DNA of 64,000 nt from a bacterium (GTDB lineage: Bacteria; Patescibacteriota; Dojkabacteria; SC72): NCBI GenBank assembly GCA_021463465.1, contig JAJTYH010000002.1:1347-65346 (forward strand), read 5' to 3'. Below the pieces are notes generated by a model. The model worked only from the letters and a program-made list of their open reading frames with translations. It did not search any database and was not told the origin of the DNA. A program made the translations under genes and the position numbers. Positions 20,104 through 30,440 of this stretch are shown one piece after another (position 1 is the first letter of the stretch; every line of letters starts with the position of its first letter).

Positions 20104-21875
20104 ATGCCTGAACTTAAAAGGTTATCGGATGAGTTGATTAGTCAGATCGCGGCTGGAGAAGTGGTTGAACGACCTGCTTCTGTACTTAAAGAATTAATAG
20201 ATAATTCAATAGACGCTGGCGCTACTCAGATAAAGGTAAAGCTCAAAGATGGTGGTCTGAAATTGGTTGAGGTTTCTGACAACGGTAGCGGAATGCCCAA
20301 AGAAAATCTTTTGAAAGCTTTTGAACCGCATACGACAAGTAAGATTTCTAATCTGAAGGATCTTAGTGACATAAGGACGATGGGATTTAGAGGAGAAGCC
20401 TTAGCAACAATACTTTCGGTAGCTCAGGTAGAAGTCACATCAGGGCATGACAAGAGTGCGTATTCAATCGTGTTTTCTCAGGAACGCACACCGAAAAAGG
20501 CGGCTCGGAATATAGGTACGACAGTTTCTGTGGCTAACCTTTTCTTCAATACCCCAGCTAGACTAAAGTTTATGAAGACTGCAGAGACGGAATATCGTAA
20601 GATTTTGGAGGTATTTAATAGCTATGCCTTAGCTTATCCTAAAATTCACTTTATTCTTGAAAAGGATCAGAAAGAAGTCTTTAATCTTCCCTCCAGAAAT
20701 GAGGTGAATTTGGACAAAAACAGGGTATTTGAGGTTCTGAAAAAAGCTTTTGTGGAGCGAATGATTCCGATTAAGTCTGAAGGGGCAGGTATTAAAATTA
20801 TCGGACTGATAGGACATCCTTCGGATAGTGCTGTAAAGCAGAATGAACAGTATGTTTTTGTGAATAACCGTCCAATTTGGGATAACGGTATATCAAGAGC
20901 TATACACCAAGGTCTTTCCCGCTTTATTCCACATATGTTTAAGGTGCCGTTTATTATAAAGCTTTTTGTTAAAGCCGATTTAGTTGATGTAAATGTCCAT
21001 CCACGTAAGGAGGAAGTGAAATTTATCAATCCTTTCAGGGTTTATATAGCTATTGAGCAGGCGGTCAAACAAACCGTAGAGCAAGCGACCCAAATGGCAT
21101 ACACGCCACCATCTTCATTTAAGCAAAGTCAACCTACCAAAGGTTACTTATTTGACAACACTGAGATAACTTATACGAAACAAAACGACGTGAAGGAGGT
21201 GAGATTTGGTAAAAAAACTTCTGATTTTAATATTTCCAGAAGCATTGACTTTACCAAGCATATATTGAGAGCTGAAGATACTCAAACCTTTAAGTCTGAA
21301 CCTTTTAAAGCGGTTTACCAACTGTTTAATAAGTATATTGTCATAGAATTTGAAAGTGGGATTTGGCTGATTGATCAGCATGCGGCAGCAGAGAGAATTA
21401 CCTTTGAAAGGTTAGAGAAACAGTATCAAAGTAAGAAGAAAGAGATTCAAAAGCTTTTGGTTCCAACCACAATTGAGATTAGCGATGCTGAAAGTTCCTA
21501 TTTAAAGGAAAATCAGCAATTTTATGAGGATTTAGGCTTTGAACTTAAAATCAATGAGAATGTTTTAGAGATATATTCCATTCCTTCTTTCTTGATGGTA
21601 GGTGGAGTAGAAGAAGTTTTTAAATCGTTATTTGACATCAAAGACGGAGTTACCGATCTCAAGGATAATTACGAAAAAAAATGGGAGATATTTTTGCTGC
21701 TATTGCCTGCCACAGTAGTGTTAGAGCTGGTCAGGGGCTTTCTACACCTGAACTTATCAACATTTATCAAGAACTAGGTCAATGCCGAAATCCTTTTTCT
21801 TGTCCTCACGGCCGTCCTGCAGTGTGGAAGCTGCCATTGACTGAAATCGACAGTCATTTTTTACGGACATACTGA
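20104..21875 (+). pseudogene. mutL: MutL, frameshifted at A8 run 21674-21681
   Basis: IAAGEVVERP, GFRGEAL, DQHAAAERI in frame 1; ACHSSVRAG and CPHGRP in the -1 frame (21681-21875). Confidence 0.9.
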
Positions 21876-22741
21876 TGAGATATCTAAAGCTACCTATCAA
21901 AGGTAATCTAAACATAACAGAGGGTTGGATTTATACTCAGGAAGAGCGCAAAATTCATCACAACTACTTTCATAAAGGGGTCGATTTCCAGACTTCGTAT
22001 CACCAGCCTATCTTTGCTAGTGCAGATGGGTTTGCAGTAGCCTCATACCATAGATTTCCACTTAACGATCCCTTAGGTATGCCTTTACTTTATATGAACA
22101 AACCACTCTCTAACGGTTTAGGATTATTTGTACAGATTTATCACCCACCAAAAGTTTACGGAGCGAATGAATGGAGAATTACGCAGTACGGGCATTTATC
22201 AGAGTTGAAAAACCATAAGTTACTTCGAAACACAGGCCCAATTGATTATGACTTGGAAGGCAAAATCATTAGAAGAAACAAGCGAAAACGAAAATACAAA
22301 CTCAGCGAAATAGAGCTTAACAAATTAATCTCAAAATTTAGAGTATTAAAAAAGAAGTTTTCTTGGATTAGTAACATTTATGGTTATAACTTTTTTGGCG
22401 ATATTTATACTAAGGAGTCATATATCTTAACCCCAGATGAGATATTGGTATTAGTAAAAGAGAATCATCCGAGTGTTTGTAAGGTAAAACAAGGTGAGCA
22501 GATTGGATATAGTGGTCAGTCGGCTGTATTTTATGGCAATCTTCCTTATAACGAAGATAATATTAAAAGTATTAATGAATTTGAAAATACATGGGACGAA
22601 ATTCATCTGCACTTCGAAGAAGCTACACGTAACTGGAAAAGTGGTGCAAAGATTGACCAGAAAGATGCATTTGGGATATATAAGAGCAAGAAATGGTACC
22701 AAGGAAAAGGTTTGATGCATTCAATGTTTGCTGACCTATAG
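21875..22741 (+). CDS. M23-family peptidase-like protein with large insertion
   Basis: HKGVDF, IFASADG, QYGHL, VKQGEQIGYSG, HLHFE. Confidence 0.8.
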   Translation: MRYLKLPIKGNLNITEGWIYTQEERKIHHNYFHKGVDFQTSYHQPIFASADGFAVASYHRFPLNDPLGMPLLYMNKPLSNGLGLFVQIYHPPKVYGANEWRITQYGHLSELKNHKLLRNTGPIDYDLEGKIIRRNKRKRKYKLSEIELNKLISKFRVLKKKFSWISNIYGYNFFGDIYTKESYILTPDEILVLVKENHPSVCKVKQGEQIGYSGQSAVFYGNLPYNEDNIKSINEFENTWDEIHLHFEEATRNWKSGAKIDQKDAFGIYKSKKWYQGKGLMHSMFADL

Positions 22742-22747
22742 ATACGA

Positions 22748-23431
22748 TTGATATACTCAGTCGTGATCAAGGTTAGAAATCTTCGGAAAATCTACAAGCC
22801 GAGTAAGAAAGTTCAAGTACATGCTGTGAATGATGTCTCTTTTGAGATTGATCATGGCAGTACTGTTACAATTGTTGGGCCTTCTGGTTCTGGTAAATCT
22901 ACAATCCTTAATATTTTAGGAGGACTAGACTCACAATACATGGGCGAGGTGATGGTGAATGATAAAGAAGTTCGTAAATACAATCCAAATTATTATCGAA
23001 GACATGTTCTTGGTACTATATTTCAACAGTTTTACCTAATTCCTTCATTAACTGTTGCTGAAAACATTCTTTTACCCATCAAATTTGGGAAACAGTTAAA
23101 CAAGGCTCAAACAATGGAGAGGTTAATGTATCTTTTAGAACGCGTAGATCTGAAGAATCGAGCCAATCACTTACCCAGCGAACTCTCTGGAGGCCAAGCA
23201 CAAAGAGTGGCAATAGCAAGAGCATTAATGGGAAAGCCTCAGATTTTGCTTGCTGATGAACCAACAGGGAATTTGGATTCTAAAACAGGGAGAGAGATTT
23301 CCAAATTACTTTTTGACTTGAATAAGGAAGAACAAACTACCCTTGTAATAGTAACACATGACAAGAAACTCTTTAAACAAGCGTCGGAGAGCATTTATTT
23401 AAGAGATGGTAAAACTGTAAAGTCACTTTAA
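22748..23431 (+). CDS. ABC transporter ATPase, LolD/MacB type
   Basis: GPSGSGKST, LSGGQAQRVAIARAL, LADEPTGNLD. Confidence 0.95.
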   Translation: MIYSVVIKVRNLRKIYKPSKKVQVHAVNDVSFEIDHGSTVTIVGPSGSGKSTILNILGGLDSQYMGEVMVNDKEVRKYNPNYYRRHVLGTIFQQFYLIPSLTVAENILLPIKFGKQLNKAQTMERLMYLLERVDLKNRANHLPSELSGGQAQRVAIARALMGKPQILLADEPTGNLDSKTGREISKLLFDLNKEEQTTLVIVTHDKKLFKQASESIYLRDGKTVKSL

Positions 23432-24708
23432 TGTTTAAATACGCTTTACAAATCATATTCAGACGTAAACTCAGAACTTTTCTGACCAGTTTGGGAATTA
23501 CAATAGCCATCGTGCTTCTAGGTTTCATTATATTTGGAATGGGGGATTTACAGAAGCTTTTTGTGAACGAATTTAACTCACAGTTTCAGCCAAATCAGGT
23601 TATAGTATCCCGTTTTGGATTAAACTCGATTCTTCCATCAGCTGATGACTCAGAAAAAAATGAAGAAATAAAGAAGGCAATTTTCAATACTAAAGTAATT
23701 AACGAGATTAGGGCTCGTGATGACGTAAAAAGCCTGGAACCACAAGTTCTAGTATCTGGTATGCAGATGAGATTAAAAGGTAGCAAAAAGGTCTATGGTC
23801 AACCGTTCATTTCGGGCTGGGATGCAACCAGAGATAATCCGTACTTTGTAAGCGTAACTTCTGAGCAAGATAAGCCTGGCAAGGGTGAAGTTTTTGTTTC
23901 GACTTTCTTTTTAGATTTTTATAACAAATCTGTCGAAGAAGTTATAGGGAAGACAGTTTTTATTGAGTCTTCAAATGCGTCAATTTTTACAACTAGGTCA
24001 AAGAGTAATTTTAATAAAAGCTTTAAATACAAAATTACTGGTGTCTTCAATCCGGGACAGGATCGTAACGACGCAATGTTAAATACTAAAGAAGCCTTAA
24101 ATCTATTGGTAGATATTGGTGGCTATAAGAATAGTAGTGAGTATTTAAATGAAATAGGTTACGATCAGTTAATGATTACTGTAAATCAAGATGAAATAGA
24201 AAACTTTAAGACTGATTTTGAAAATAGGTACGGTTATAAACCGATTTCCTCTGATGAAATTCTAGGTTTTTTGGGTAATATTACTCAAGGTTTGACTGTT
24301 GCACTCGCGATGTTTGGGTTAGTTTCTGCTATTGTTGCTTCAATTGGAATTATCAATACTATGATTATGAGTATTTATGAACAGACAAAAGAGATTGGAA
24401 TTATCAAGGCCATTGGAGCATCAAACTTTCAGGTTTTAGTAATCTTCCTGATTCAATCAGCTTCAATCGGTTTAATTGGTGGTCTACTCGGACTAGGTAT
24501 TGTATACATTGGAATGAAAGTTGCAGATCCTTATATTGTTGCCGAGCTTGGCAAAGCTGGCTTTACTCTTACTCGATACTTCACTTTTGACCCTAAGATT
24601 GCATCAGTGATTATAGGATGTAGTATTTTTGTAGGTGTAGTTGCTGGCATATATCCTGCATCAAGAGCGGCAAGACTTGACCCTGTCAAAGCACTTAGGT
24701 ACGAGTAA
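23431..24708 (+). CDS. ABC transporter permease, MacB/FtsX type
   Basis: RTFLTSLGI, GIINTM...EIGIIKAIGA, YPASRAARLDPVKALRYE. Confidence 0.93.
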   Translation: MFKYALQIIFRRKLRTFLTSLGITIAIVLLGFIIFGMGDLQKLFVNEFNSQFQPNQVIVSRFGLNSILPSADDSEKNEEIKKAIFNTKVINEIRARDDVKSLEPQVLVSGMQMRLKGSKKVYGQPFISGWDATRDNPYFVSVTSEQDKPGKGEVFVSTFFLDFYNKSVEEVIGKTVFIESSNASIFTTRSKSNFNKSFKYKITGVFNPGQDRNDAMLNTKEALNLLVDIGGYKNSSEYLNEIGYDQLMITVNQDEIENFKTDFENRYGYKPISSDEILGFLGNITQGLTVALAMFGLVSAIVASIGIINTMIMSIYEQTKEIGIIKAIGASNFQVLVIFLIQSASIGLIGGLLGLGIVYIGMKVADPYIVAELGKAGFTLTRYFTFDPKIASVIIGCSIFVGVVAGIYPASRAARLDPVKALRYE

Positions 24709-24710
24709 AG

Positions 24711-25307
24711 TTACAAAGCTAGCCTCTTCTCAACTACATCCCAGTTAACTAACTGCCACCAATTTTCAACATAAGCACCTCTGTCGTTTTTGTAGTCTAG
24801 GTAATAGGCATGCTCCCAAACATCAATTGCCAGCAACACATTGTAAGTGTTGAGTCCTAGCAAATTGTGCTTCTCTAATTGGCCAATTAATAGATTTCCA
24901 TTATTATCAGAGTATAAAATCGCCCAACCAGAACCTTCAACAGTCTTTGCGGCTTCAGAAAACTCATTTTTAAAGGCATCATAAGAACCAAAGCTTGACT
25001 CTATTTTTTTCTTCAGAGAGTCTGAGGGTGCGTTACTTTCCTTTACAGCCCGCATATTCTCCCAAAATAACTCGTGCATTACATGGCCATTAACATTAAA
25101 GCTAAGATCTCTCATAATCGCCTTAACATTTACGAGGTCTCCTTTTCGACCTTTTTCAAGTAGTTCGAGCGCAGCATTAGCGCCATTTACATATGCCATA
25201 TGATGTTTATCGTAATGAAGTTGTACTATCTCTTTTGAAATAACAGGGGAAAGTGCGTCATATGCGTAAGGCAATGGCTTTAATTCGTATTTCATATTTA
25301 AAAGCAA
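24711..25307 (-). CDS. sod: Fe/Mn superoxide dismutase
   Basis: LPYAYDAL, HYDKHH, HELFW, DVWEHAYY. Confidence 0.96.
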   Translation of the reverse strand: MLLNMKYELKPLPYAYDALSPVISKEIVQLHYDKHHMAYVNGANAALELLEKGRKGDLVNVKAIMRDLSFNVNGHVMHELFWENMRAVKESNAPSDSLKKKIESSFGSYDAFKNEFSEAAKTVEGSGWAILYSDNNGNLLIGQLEKHNLLGLNTYNVLLAIDVWEHAYYLDYKNDRGAYVENWWQLVNWDVVEKRLAL

Positions 25308-25392
25308 TTAACTTAACATTTTGATTTTAACGTTTTCTTTTCATACAATCTAGTTTAAAATTCAATAAGTAATTTGAGCAGGTTTAATTATT

Positions 25393-25683
25393 ATGAAAAT
25401 GAACTATTCTCTGGCGAGCAGATATTCACGAATTTTTAAACTGATGGGCAACCCTTATACATTAATAATCTTAGACCATCTATTTGAGAATCGTAAACCT
25501 ATGACACTGGAAGAGCTTGTCGTCGTGTCTAAAACTACTAAAGGAACAGTTCAATCAATCTGTGAGGAGCTTTATGACCTTACTATTGTCGATCGTGATT
25601 ATGCTGGCGAAACGACCACTTATACTGCACTAGATACAAGTTATGCCAACTACATTGAAAAGATGATTGAATATATCGATTAA
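25393..25683 (+). CDS. Winged-helix regulator, ArsR-like
   Basis: IFKLMGNPYTLIILDHL...EEL...V..ICEEL pattern. Confidence 0.65.
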   Translation: MKMNYSLASRYSRIFKLMGNPYTLIILDHLFENRKPMTLEELVVVSKTTKGTVQSICEELYDLTIVDRDYAGETTTYTALDTSYANYIEKMIEYID

Positions 25684-26639
25684 GCTTCTTGTAGGTATTT
25701 TTCTACCTCTAGTACAGCACTTACAGCCATCCCTGATGCCGTTGCGGCTTGCCTATACGTGTAATCCACACAATCTCCTGCAGCAAATACCCCTTTGATA
25801 TTTGTAGAGAATCTATAGGGAAGGGTGTAACCTGACTTTATCTGCTCTATGTTTTCATACATCACACGTTCCTTTGTATAGATATATCCTTTCTCATCAA
25901 GCTGTACTCCTGAATCCGCAAGAAAAGTAGTGGCTGGTATATGCCCAATGGCTAAAAACAGACCTTGAGTGCTTACCGTTTGTTCTTGGCCATTCGCTAT
26001 AACTTTCACGGCTTCAACCCTATCTTCTCCTATAACTTCTTTAACTGTAGTATTCCACAACACCTTAATTTGTGGATGATTTAAAACTCTTTCTTGCATG
26101 ATTTTTGAAGCTCTAAAAGTATCTCTGCGATGGACAACTATTACATTCTTAGCAAATTTAGTTAGATATAGAGCTTCTTCCATTGCGCTATCTCCGCCTC
26201 CTACAACCACAACATCCTTATCTTTAAAGAAAAAACCATCGCATGTTGCACATGCTGAGACTCCGTGGCCTCGTAGACGTTGTTCAGATTGTAAACCAAG
26301 CCATTTAGGCTCTGCTCCAGTCGCTATTAACAATGCCTCGGTCTCGTATTCCTCATCAGTTTCTGTCATTACTTTTATCACTGAGCTAGTTTTTACCTCT
26401 TTTATTTTCTGCGATACTATTCTGGTACCAAACCTTAAAGCTTGATTACGAAATTGCTGCATCAATATAGGTCCCAATATTGGATTCTCAAATCCTGGGT
26501 AATTTTCAACATCGGAGGTTAAACCTAGCTGTCCACCAGGAATACCTTCAAAAAGTATCGGATTAAGAAGTGCTCGTGAAGCATAAATAGCTCCTGCTAA
26601 ACCAGCAGATCCACCTCCAATAATAATCAGTTTCTCCAT
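25680..26639 (-). CDS. trxB: Thioredoxin reductase
   Basis: GGGSAG, VENYPGF, CATCDG, GGGDSAMEEA, FAAGD. Confidence 0.96.
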   Translation of the reverse strand: MEKLIIIGGGSAGLAGAIYASRALLNPILFEGIPGGQLGLTSDVENYPGFENPILGPILMQQFRNQALRFGTRIVSQKIKEVKTSSVIKVMTETDEEYETEALLIATGAEPKWLGLQSEQRLRGHGVSACATCDGFFFKDKDVVVVGGGDSAMEEALYLTKFAKNVIVVHRRDTFRASKIMQERVLNHPQIKVLWNTTVKEVIGEDRVEAVKVIANGQEQTVSTQGLFLAIGHIPATTFLADSGVQLDEKGYIYTKERVMYENIEQIKSGYTLPYRFSTNIKGVFAAGDCVDYTYRQAATASGMAVSAVLEVEKYLQEA

Positions 26640-26653
26640 AACTCTTAAGTATA

Positions 26654-27103
26654 CTAGTGTTTTATATATTTTTGAAATAGTGACTGGTACCTTTTAAAGG
26701 TATACAGAAAGCCTGAATGTAATGGTTTGGGTAATTTGTCTAATGAAAACCATGAAAAAGTTTCAAACTTATTTGGCTCGTTGTTTCTAACTTCTTTAGG
26801 GTCAACTAAAACAAAAAAGGGGATAGCAACCCAATGTGTTTTTTTCCCGTTCAACAAGCGAAAAATAGTATGTACTGGCACAGCCTCCTGAATAGTTATA
26901 TTCTTGCACCCATACTCTTCTTTTATTTCCCTGACAACATTTTGTTCAGGAGTTAGTCCTAATTCAAGTAGACCAGAGCCAGGATCCCACCTACCTTGTT
27001 CATCCCGAGCATTACGACTACGTTTACTTAACAGGAAAAGGCCATTGCCATCATTACAGTAAAATGGAGTACATATTCCGACGTAGTCTATACCTGGTTT
27101 CAT
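26654..27103 (-). CDS. NUDIX hydrolase
   Basis: Nudix box GLLELGLTPEQNVVREIKEEYG. Confidence 0.88.
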   Translation of the reverse strand: MKPGIDYVGICTPFYCNDGNGLFLLSKRSRNARDEQGRWDPGSGLLELGLTPEQNVVREIKEEYGCKNITIQEAVPVHTIFRLLNGKKTHWVAIPFFVLVDPKEVRNNEPNKFETFSWFSLDKLPKPLHSGFLYTFKRYQSLFQKYIKH

Positions 27104-27112
27104 ATCGTTATA

Positions 27113-27186
27113 TCGGGGAGACAGGACTTGAACCTGCGACCTCTGCGTCCCAAACGCAGCATTCTAGCCAACTGAACTACTCCCCG
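27113..27186 (-). tRNA. tRNA-Pro(TGG)
   Basis: Minus strand CGGGGAG/CTCCCCG; CTGCG-TTTGGGA-CGCAG; TTCAAGT; no CCA. Confidence 0.95.
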
Positions 27187-27208
27187 AAAAGTACTCTTCC
27201 GAGTACTT
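27187..27208 (-). terminator. Hairpin between 27218-27550 and tRNA-Pro (terminator or processing signal)
   Basis: Minus strand AAGTACTC-GGAA-GAGTACTT followed by TT. Confidence 0.4.
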
Positions 27209-27217
27209 AATTAAAAC

Positions 27218-27550
27218 TTAGTATTTGTTTACTAAATCCAAGGCAAATTTTGAAACGTTGGGGATATCCCATCGCTCTCCCTTGTATGCCTTCAGGGCAG
27301 CCATAATGGTTAAAATCAAACCAATAAGGTTAACAAAAGGCGCAATACAAACTACTAGGGACAACACTAAGAGCACAAGAGTGATTACTGAGAATTGCGC
27401 TGCATAGTATCTCACAAAAAGATCCTTCTTTTCAACTAAAAACACTACCACTGCTATCATAGGAATACACGCTACAACAGCCAGAAGCGCATTATCTTTG
27501 TTAAATTTAATATCATCTAACGTTACGACTCGTTTAGCCTCTGTTGCCAT
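27218..27550 (-). CDS. DUF4870-like small membrane protein
   Basis: VEKKDLFVRYYAAQ...KAYKGERWDIP pattern, three TMs. Confidence 0.75.
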   Translation of the reverse strand: MATEAKRVVTLDDIKFNKDNALLAVVACIPMIAVVVFLVEKKDLFVRYYAAQFSVITLVLLVLSLVVCIAPFVNLIGLILTIMAALKAYKGERWDIPNVSKFALDLVNKY

Positions 27551-27698
27551 AAAAATATGTATAAAATTTAAAAACTGCAGTTAAGTATATTAATTCTCTT
27601 ATTAATAATCAAGGTATCAGTATTTAATTATATAAGCTGTTGTAAACTTAATTAGAGCCAGGTATACTACGTATACGTTAAGTTAATTATGAAAGTTT

Positions 27699-28340
27699 AT
27701 GAACCCTTACGTAACCGAAAAGCAGGTGAAGGTCTTGACTATAATTAGGGATTTTTACCTAGAAAAAGGCTATGCACCATCGCTTTCAGAACTCCAACAG
27801 CTTTTAAAGATTAGCACTAAAAGGGGGGTTGTGAACCATCTAATTGCACTTGAAAAAAAGGGTTTTATTATACGAACGAGTGAAGCCAGGGGGATTCAGC
27901 TAGTAGAGGAAGGTGAGTATGAATATATGGTTGGAGTCCCTATATTAGGTTATGCAAACGCAGGTACTCCTCTTGCAATGGCTGAAGAAGCACGTTTGGG
28001 CGTTCTACATATAGATAAGGCTCTTCTTAAACACAAAAACGACCTTTTTGCCCTTATCATTAAAGGTGACTCTATGAATCAAAGAGTAATTAACGGCAAA
28101 AAACTTGAGGATGGTAGTTTTATTGTTGTATCAAAACAGAGCGAGATTCGATCCGGCGATGCAGTTGTAGCAATCTTGGACAATTCAGCTACAGTTAAAT
28201 CGATTAAATACGATGAAAATATGATTGTACTTTATCCTCAATCAGATAATGAAAGACATATGCCAATCTACTTAGATAAATATAGCAACTCACTAATCAA
28301 TGGCAAGGTTGTGATGGTATTGGATAATCCCAAGTATTAG
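27699..28340 (+). CDS. lexA: LexA repressor
   Basis: wHTH with APSLSE and LEKKGFI; ANAGTP cleavage site; GDSM Ser; ATVK Lys. Confidence 0.93.
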   Translation: MNPYVTEKQVKVLTIIRDFYLEKGYAPSLSELQQLLKISTKRGVVNHLIALEKKGFIIRTSEARGIQLVEEGEYEYMVGVPILGYANAGTPLAMAEEARLGVLHIDKALLKHKNDLFALIIKGDSMNQRVINGKKLEDGSFIVVSKQSEIRSGDAVVAILDNSATVKSIKYDENMIVLYPQSDNERHMPIYLDKYSNSLINGKVVMVLDNPKY

Positions 28341-28403
28341 TTTTCTTGATAAAACCCTTTTCCCAGTGTAGGATATATCTTATCCTAACTTGATTTTTCT
28401 TTT

Positions 28404-29681
28404 ATGAGTAAGACAAAAGTTGCCGTCATCGGATTAGGTTATGTAGGCTTTCCATTGCTTTGCGCTATTGCTAAATCCGGTAAATATGAACCAATCGGTT
28501 TTGACCTTTCTAAGGAGAAGATAGATTTAATTAAAGAGTATAAGTCGCCTATCAAAGATGAGTTGGCAGAGAAATTAGTTAAAGAAATAAAATATGAAGC
28601 GAGTAACGAACCAGTAATTCTTAAGAACACCCAAATCTTTATTATTTGTGTTCCGACTCCAGTGGATGAGCAATTCGACCCAGATTATGGACCCATTATT
28701 TCAGCTGTTCAGACAGTCGCTCAATATATTATTAAAGGTTCCTACGTTGTCATTGAATCAACAGTTAACCCAGGTACTTGTGAAGAAATAGTTCTTCCAT
28801 TATTAGAAAAGCTAACAAAACTTAAAGCAGGGATTGATTTTGAGTTAGCCCATTGTCCTGAGCGTATCAATCCTGGAGATCCAAAGTGGAATGTACTCAA
28901 TATCCCTAGAAATATAGGTGCTTTGACAAGTAAAGGCACTAAATACCTGGCTGATTTTTATCGTTCATTTATTGATGCACCGATCAATGAAATGGAAACA
29001 ATTAAAGAAGCTGAGGCGACCAAAATCATCGAAAATACCTTTAGAGATATAAATATTGCCTATGTAAACGAACTGGCAAAGTCTTTTGATGTATTAGGTA
29101 TTGATTTAGTAAATGTTATAAAAGGTGCAAGTAATAAACCCTTTGCTTTTATGGCACATTATCCTAGTTGTGGTGTAGGAGGGCACTGTATTCCAGTTGA
29201 CCCATACTATCTGATTGAACGTGCCAAGAAGTCCGGATTTGACCATAAGTTTTTAAGATCGGCAAGGACAGTAAATAATAGTATGCCAGAGTATACCGTC
29301 AACAAACTTCTTATGGCGTTAAATGAGAGATCAAAAGCTATGAAAGGCTCTACAATTGCCTTACTCGGTCTTTCATACAAACGCGATATTGGTGATTTGC
29401 GTGAAAGTCCAGCTCTAATTATTAGGAAAATATTACAGAAGGATTATTTAGCTGACTTAAGAGTTTATGACCCATATAACCCAGAACAAAGTACTCATAA
29501 AACATTGGACGAAGTATTGAAAAATGTTGATGCAGTATTAATTGCAACTGATCACACTGAATTCAGAGAATATCCTAACGAAAAGTGGGCTAATGTGCCA
29601 ATAATCATTGATGGTAAAAATTGTTTAGATAAGAAGAAACTCCTATCATTAGGGCTAACTTACAGGGGGATTGGGCGATAA
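28404..29681 (+). CDS. UDP-N-acetylhexosamine 6-dehydrogenase (WbpA/WecC/TviB family)
   Basis: GLGYVG, CVPTP, ESTVNPG, CPERINPG, GGHCIPVDP, DLRESP. Confidence 0.93.
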   Translation: MSKTKVAVIGLGYVGFPLLCAIAKSGKYEPIGFDLSKEKIDLIKEYKSPIKDELAEKLVKEIKYEASNEPVILKNTQIFIICVPTPVDEQFDPDYGPIISAVQTVAQYIIKGSYVVIESTVNPGTCEEIVLPLLEKLTKLKAGIDFELAHCPERINPGDPKWNVLNIPRNIGALTSKGTKYLADFYRSFIDAPINEMETIKEAEATKIIENTFRDINIAYVNELAKSFDVLGIDLVNVIKGASNKPFAFMAHYPSCGVGGHCIPVDPYYLIERAKKSGFDHKFLRSARTVNNSMPEYTVNKLLMALNERSKAMKGSTIALLGLSYKRDIGDLRESPALIIRKILQKDYLADLRVYDPYNPEQSTHKTLDEVLKNVDAVLIATDHTEFREYPNEKWANVPIIIDGKNCLDKKKLLSLGLTYRGIGR

Positions 29682-30398
29682 AGACCGTTTCTGCAATGAA
29701 ACTATTTGATCGGCAATCATACTTTTCAAATCATTAGAGGCTAAATTCTCCGGTTCAATTGGATTTCCAAAATATATCCTTGAAGTATCTAGGTTTTCCC
29801 ATTTTTCAGAACAGTCTATGAATACAGGTAAAATACTGACTTGAGCATGTTTAGCAATAAGACCTGTACTGGATTTAATTGAAATCTCTTTGCTGTAATC
29901 GTGCTCTCTTGATCTCCACACGCCTTCACCGAAAGTAAGTATGACGTTATTTGCACTGAGAACTTCCGAAGCGCTTGCTATCAACGAAGAGTTGTCTCTT
30001 CGCCCGCTCATTTTATTTGCAGAAATAGCATGAATGGATGAGAGTAAGCCTTGAGAAAACGAAGTAAACACATCACGAAAATGTTTAAATGCTGGTGATT
30101 GACCAAGTAATTCATCGTTTATACCTGCAATAATGAAAGGGCTTTTCTTACCTATCATCTCAATTGTCTTTGCAAGAAGAACCACATCAGGTGTTAACCC
30201 TGACTCAATATCGAATTTACCCAAAGATTCTATTGGTCCGATGTGGTTTGAAACAACAATAAAGGGTCTGTCCTTCATACTTTCTAATTGTTCAGCATTT
30301 TTAACGATAATTGATTGACCTTTGAGCTGAAATTCGCGAAAACGAAGCATTGGCTTTAAACTAACCTCCCCAAATGCTTTACCAAAATGCTTAAACAT
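29655..30398 (-). CDS. PlsC-like acyltransferase, divergent
   Basis: PFIVVSNH block I, TFGEG block III, ILPVFI block IV, YFGNPI. Confidence 0.7.
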   Translation of the reverse strand: MFKHFGKAFGEVSLKPMLRFREFQLKGQSIIVKNAEQLESMKDRPFIVVSNHIGPIESLGKFDIESGLTPDVVLLAKTIEMIGKKSPFIIAGINDELLGQSPAFKHFRDVFTSFSQGLLSSIHAISANKMSGRRDNSSLIASASEVLSANNVILTFGEGVWRSREHDYSKEISIKSSTGLIAKHAQVSILPVFIDCSEKWENLDTSRIYFGNPIEPENLASNDLKSMIADQIVSLQKRSLSPNPPVS

Positions 30399-30440
30399 TG
30401 TAGTATCAAAATATAGCTAATATTTTGATTATACCACATT

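Noticed and set aside
11118-28340. dnaE-uvrC-uvrB-mutL-lexA as a dedicated repair island
   Set aside because: Interspersed with unrelated genes on both strands, and no shared operator found; proximity is expected in a small genome.
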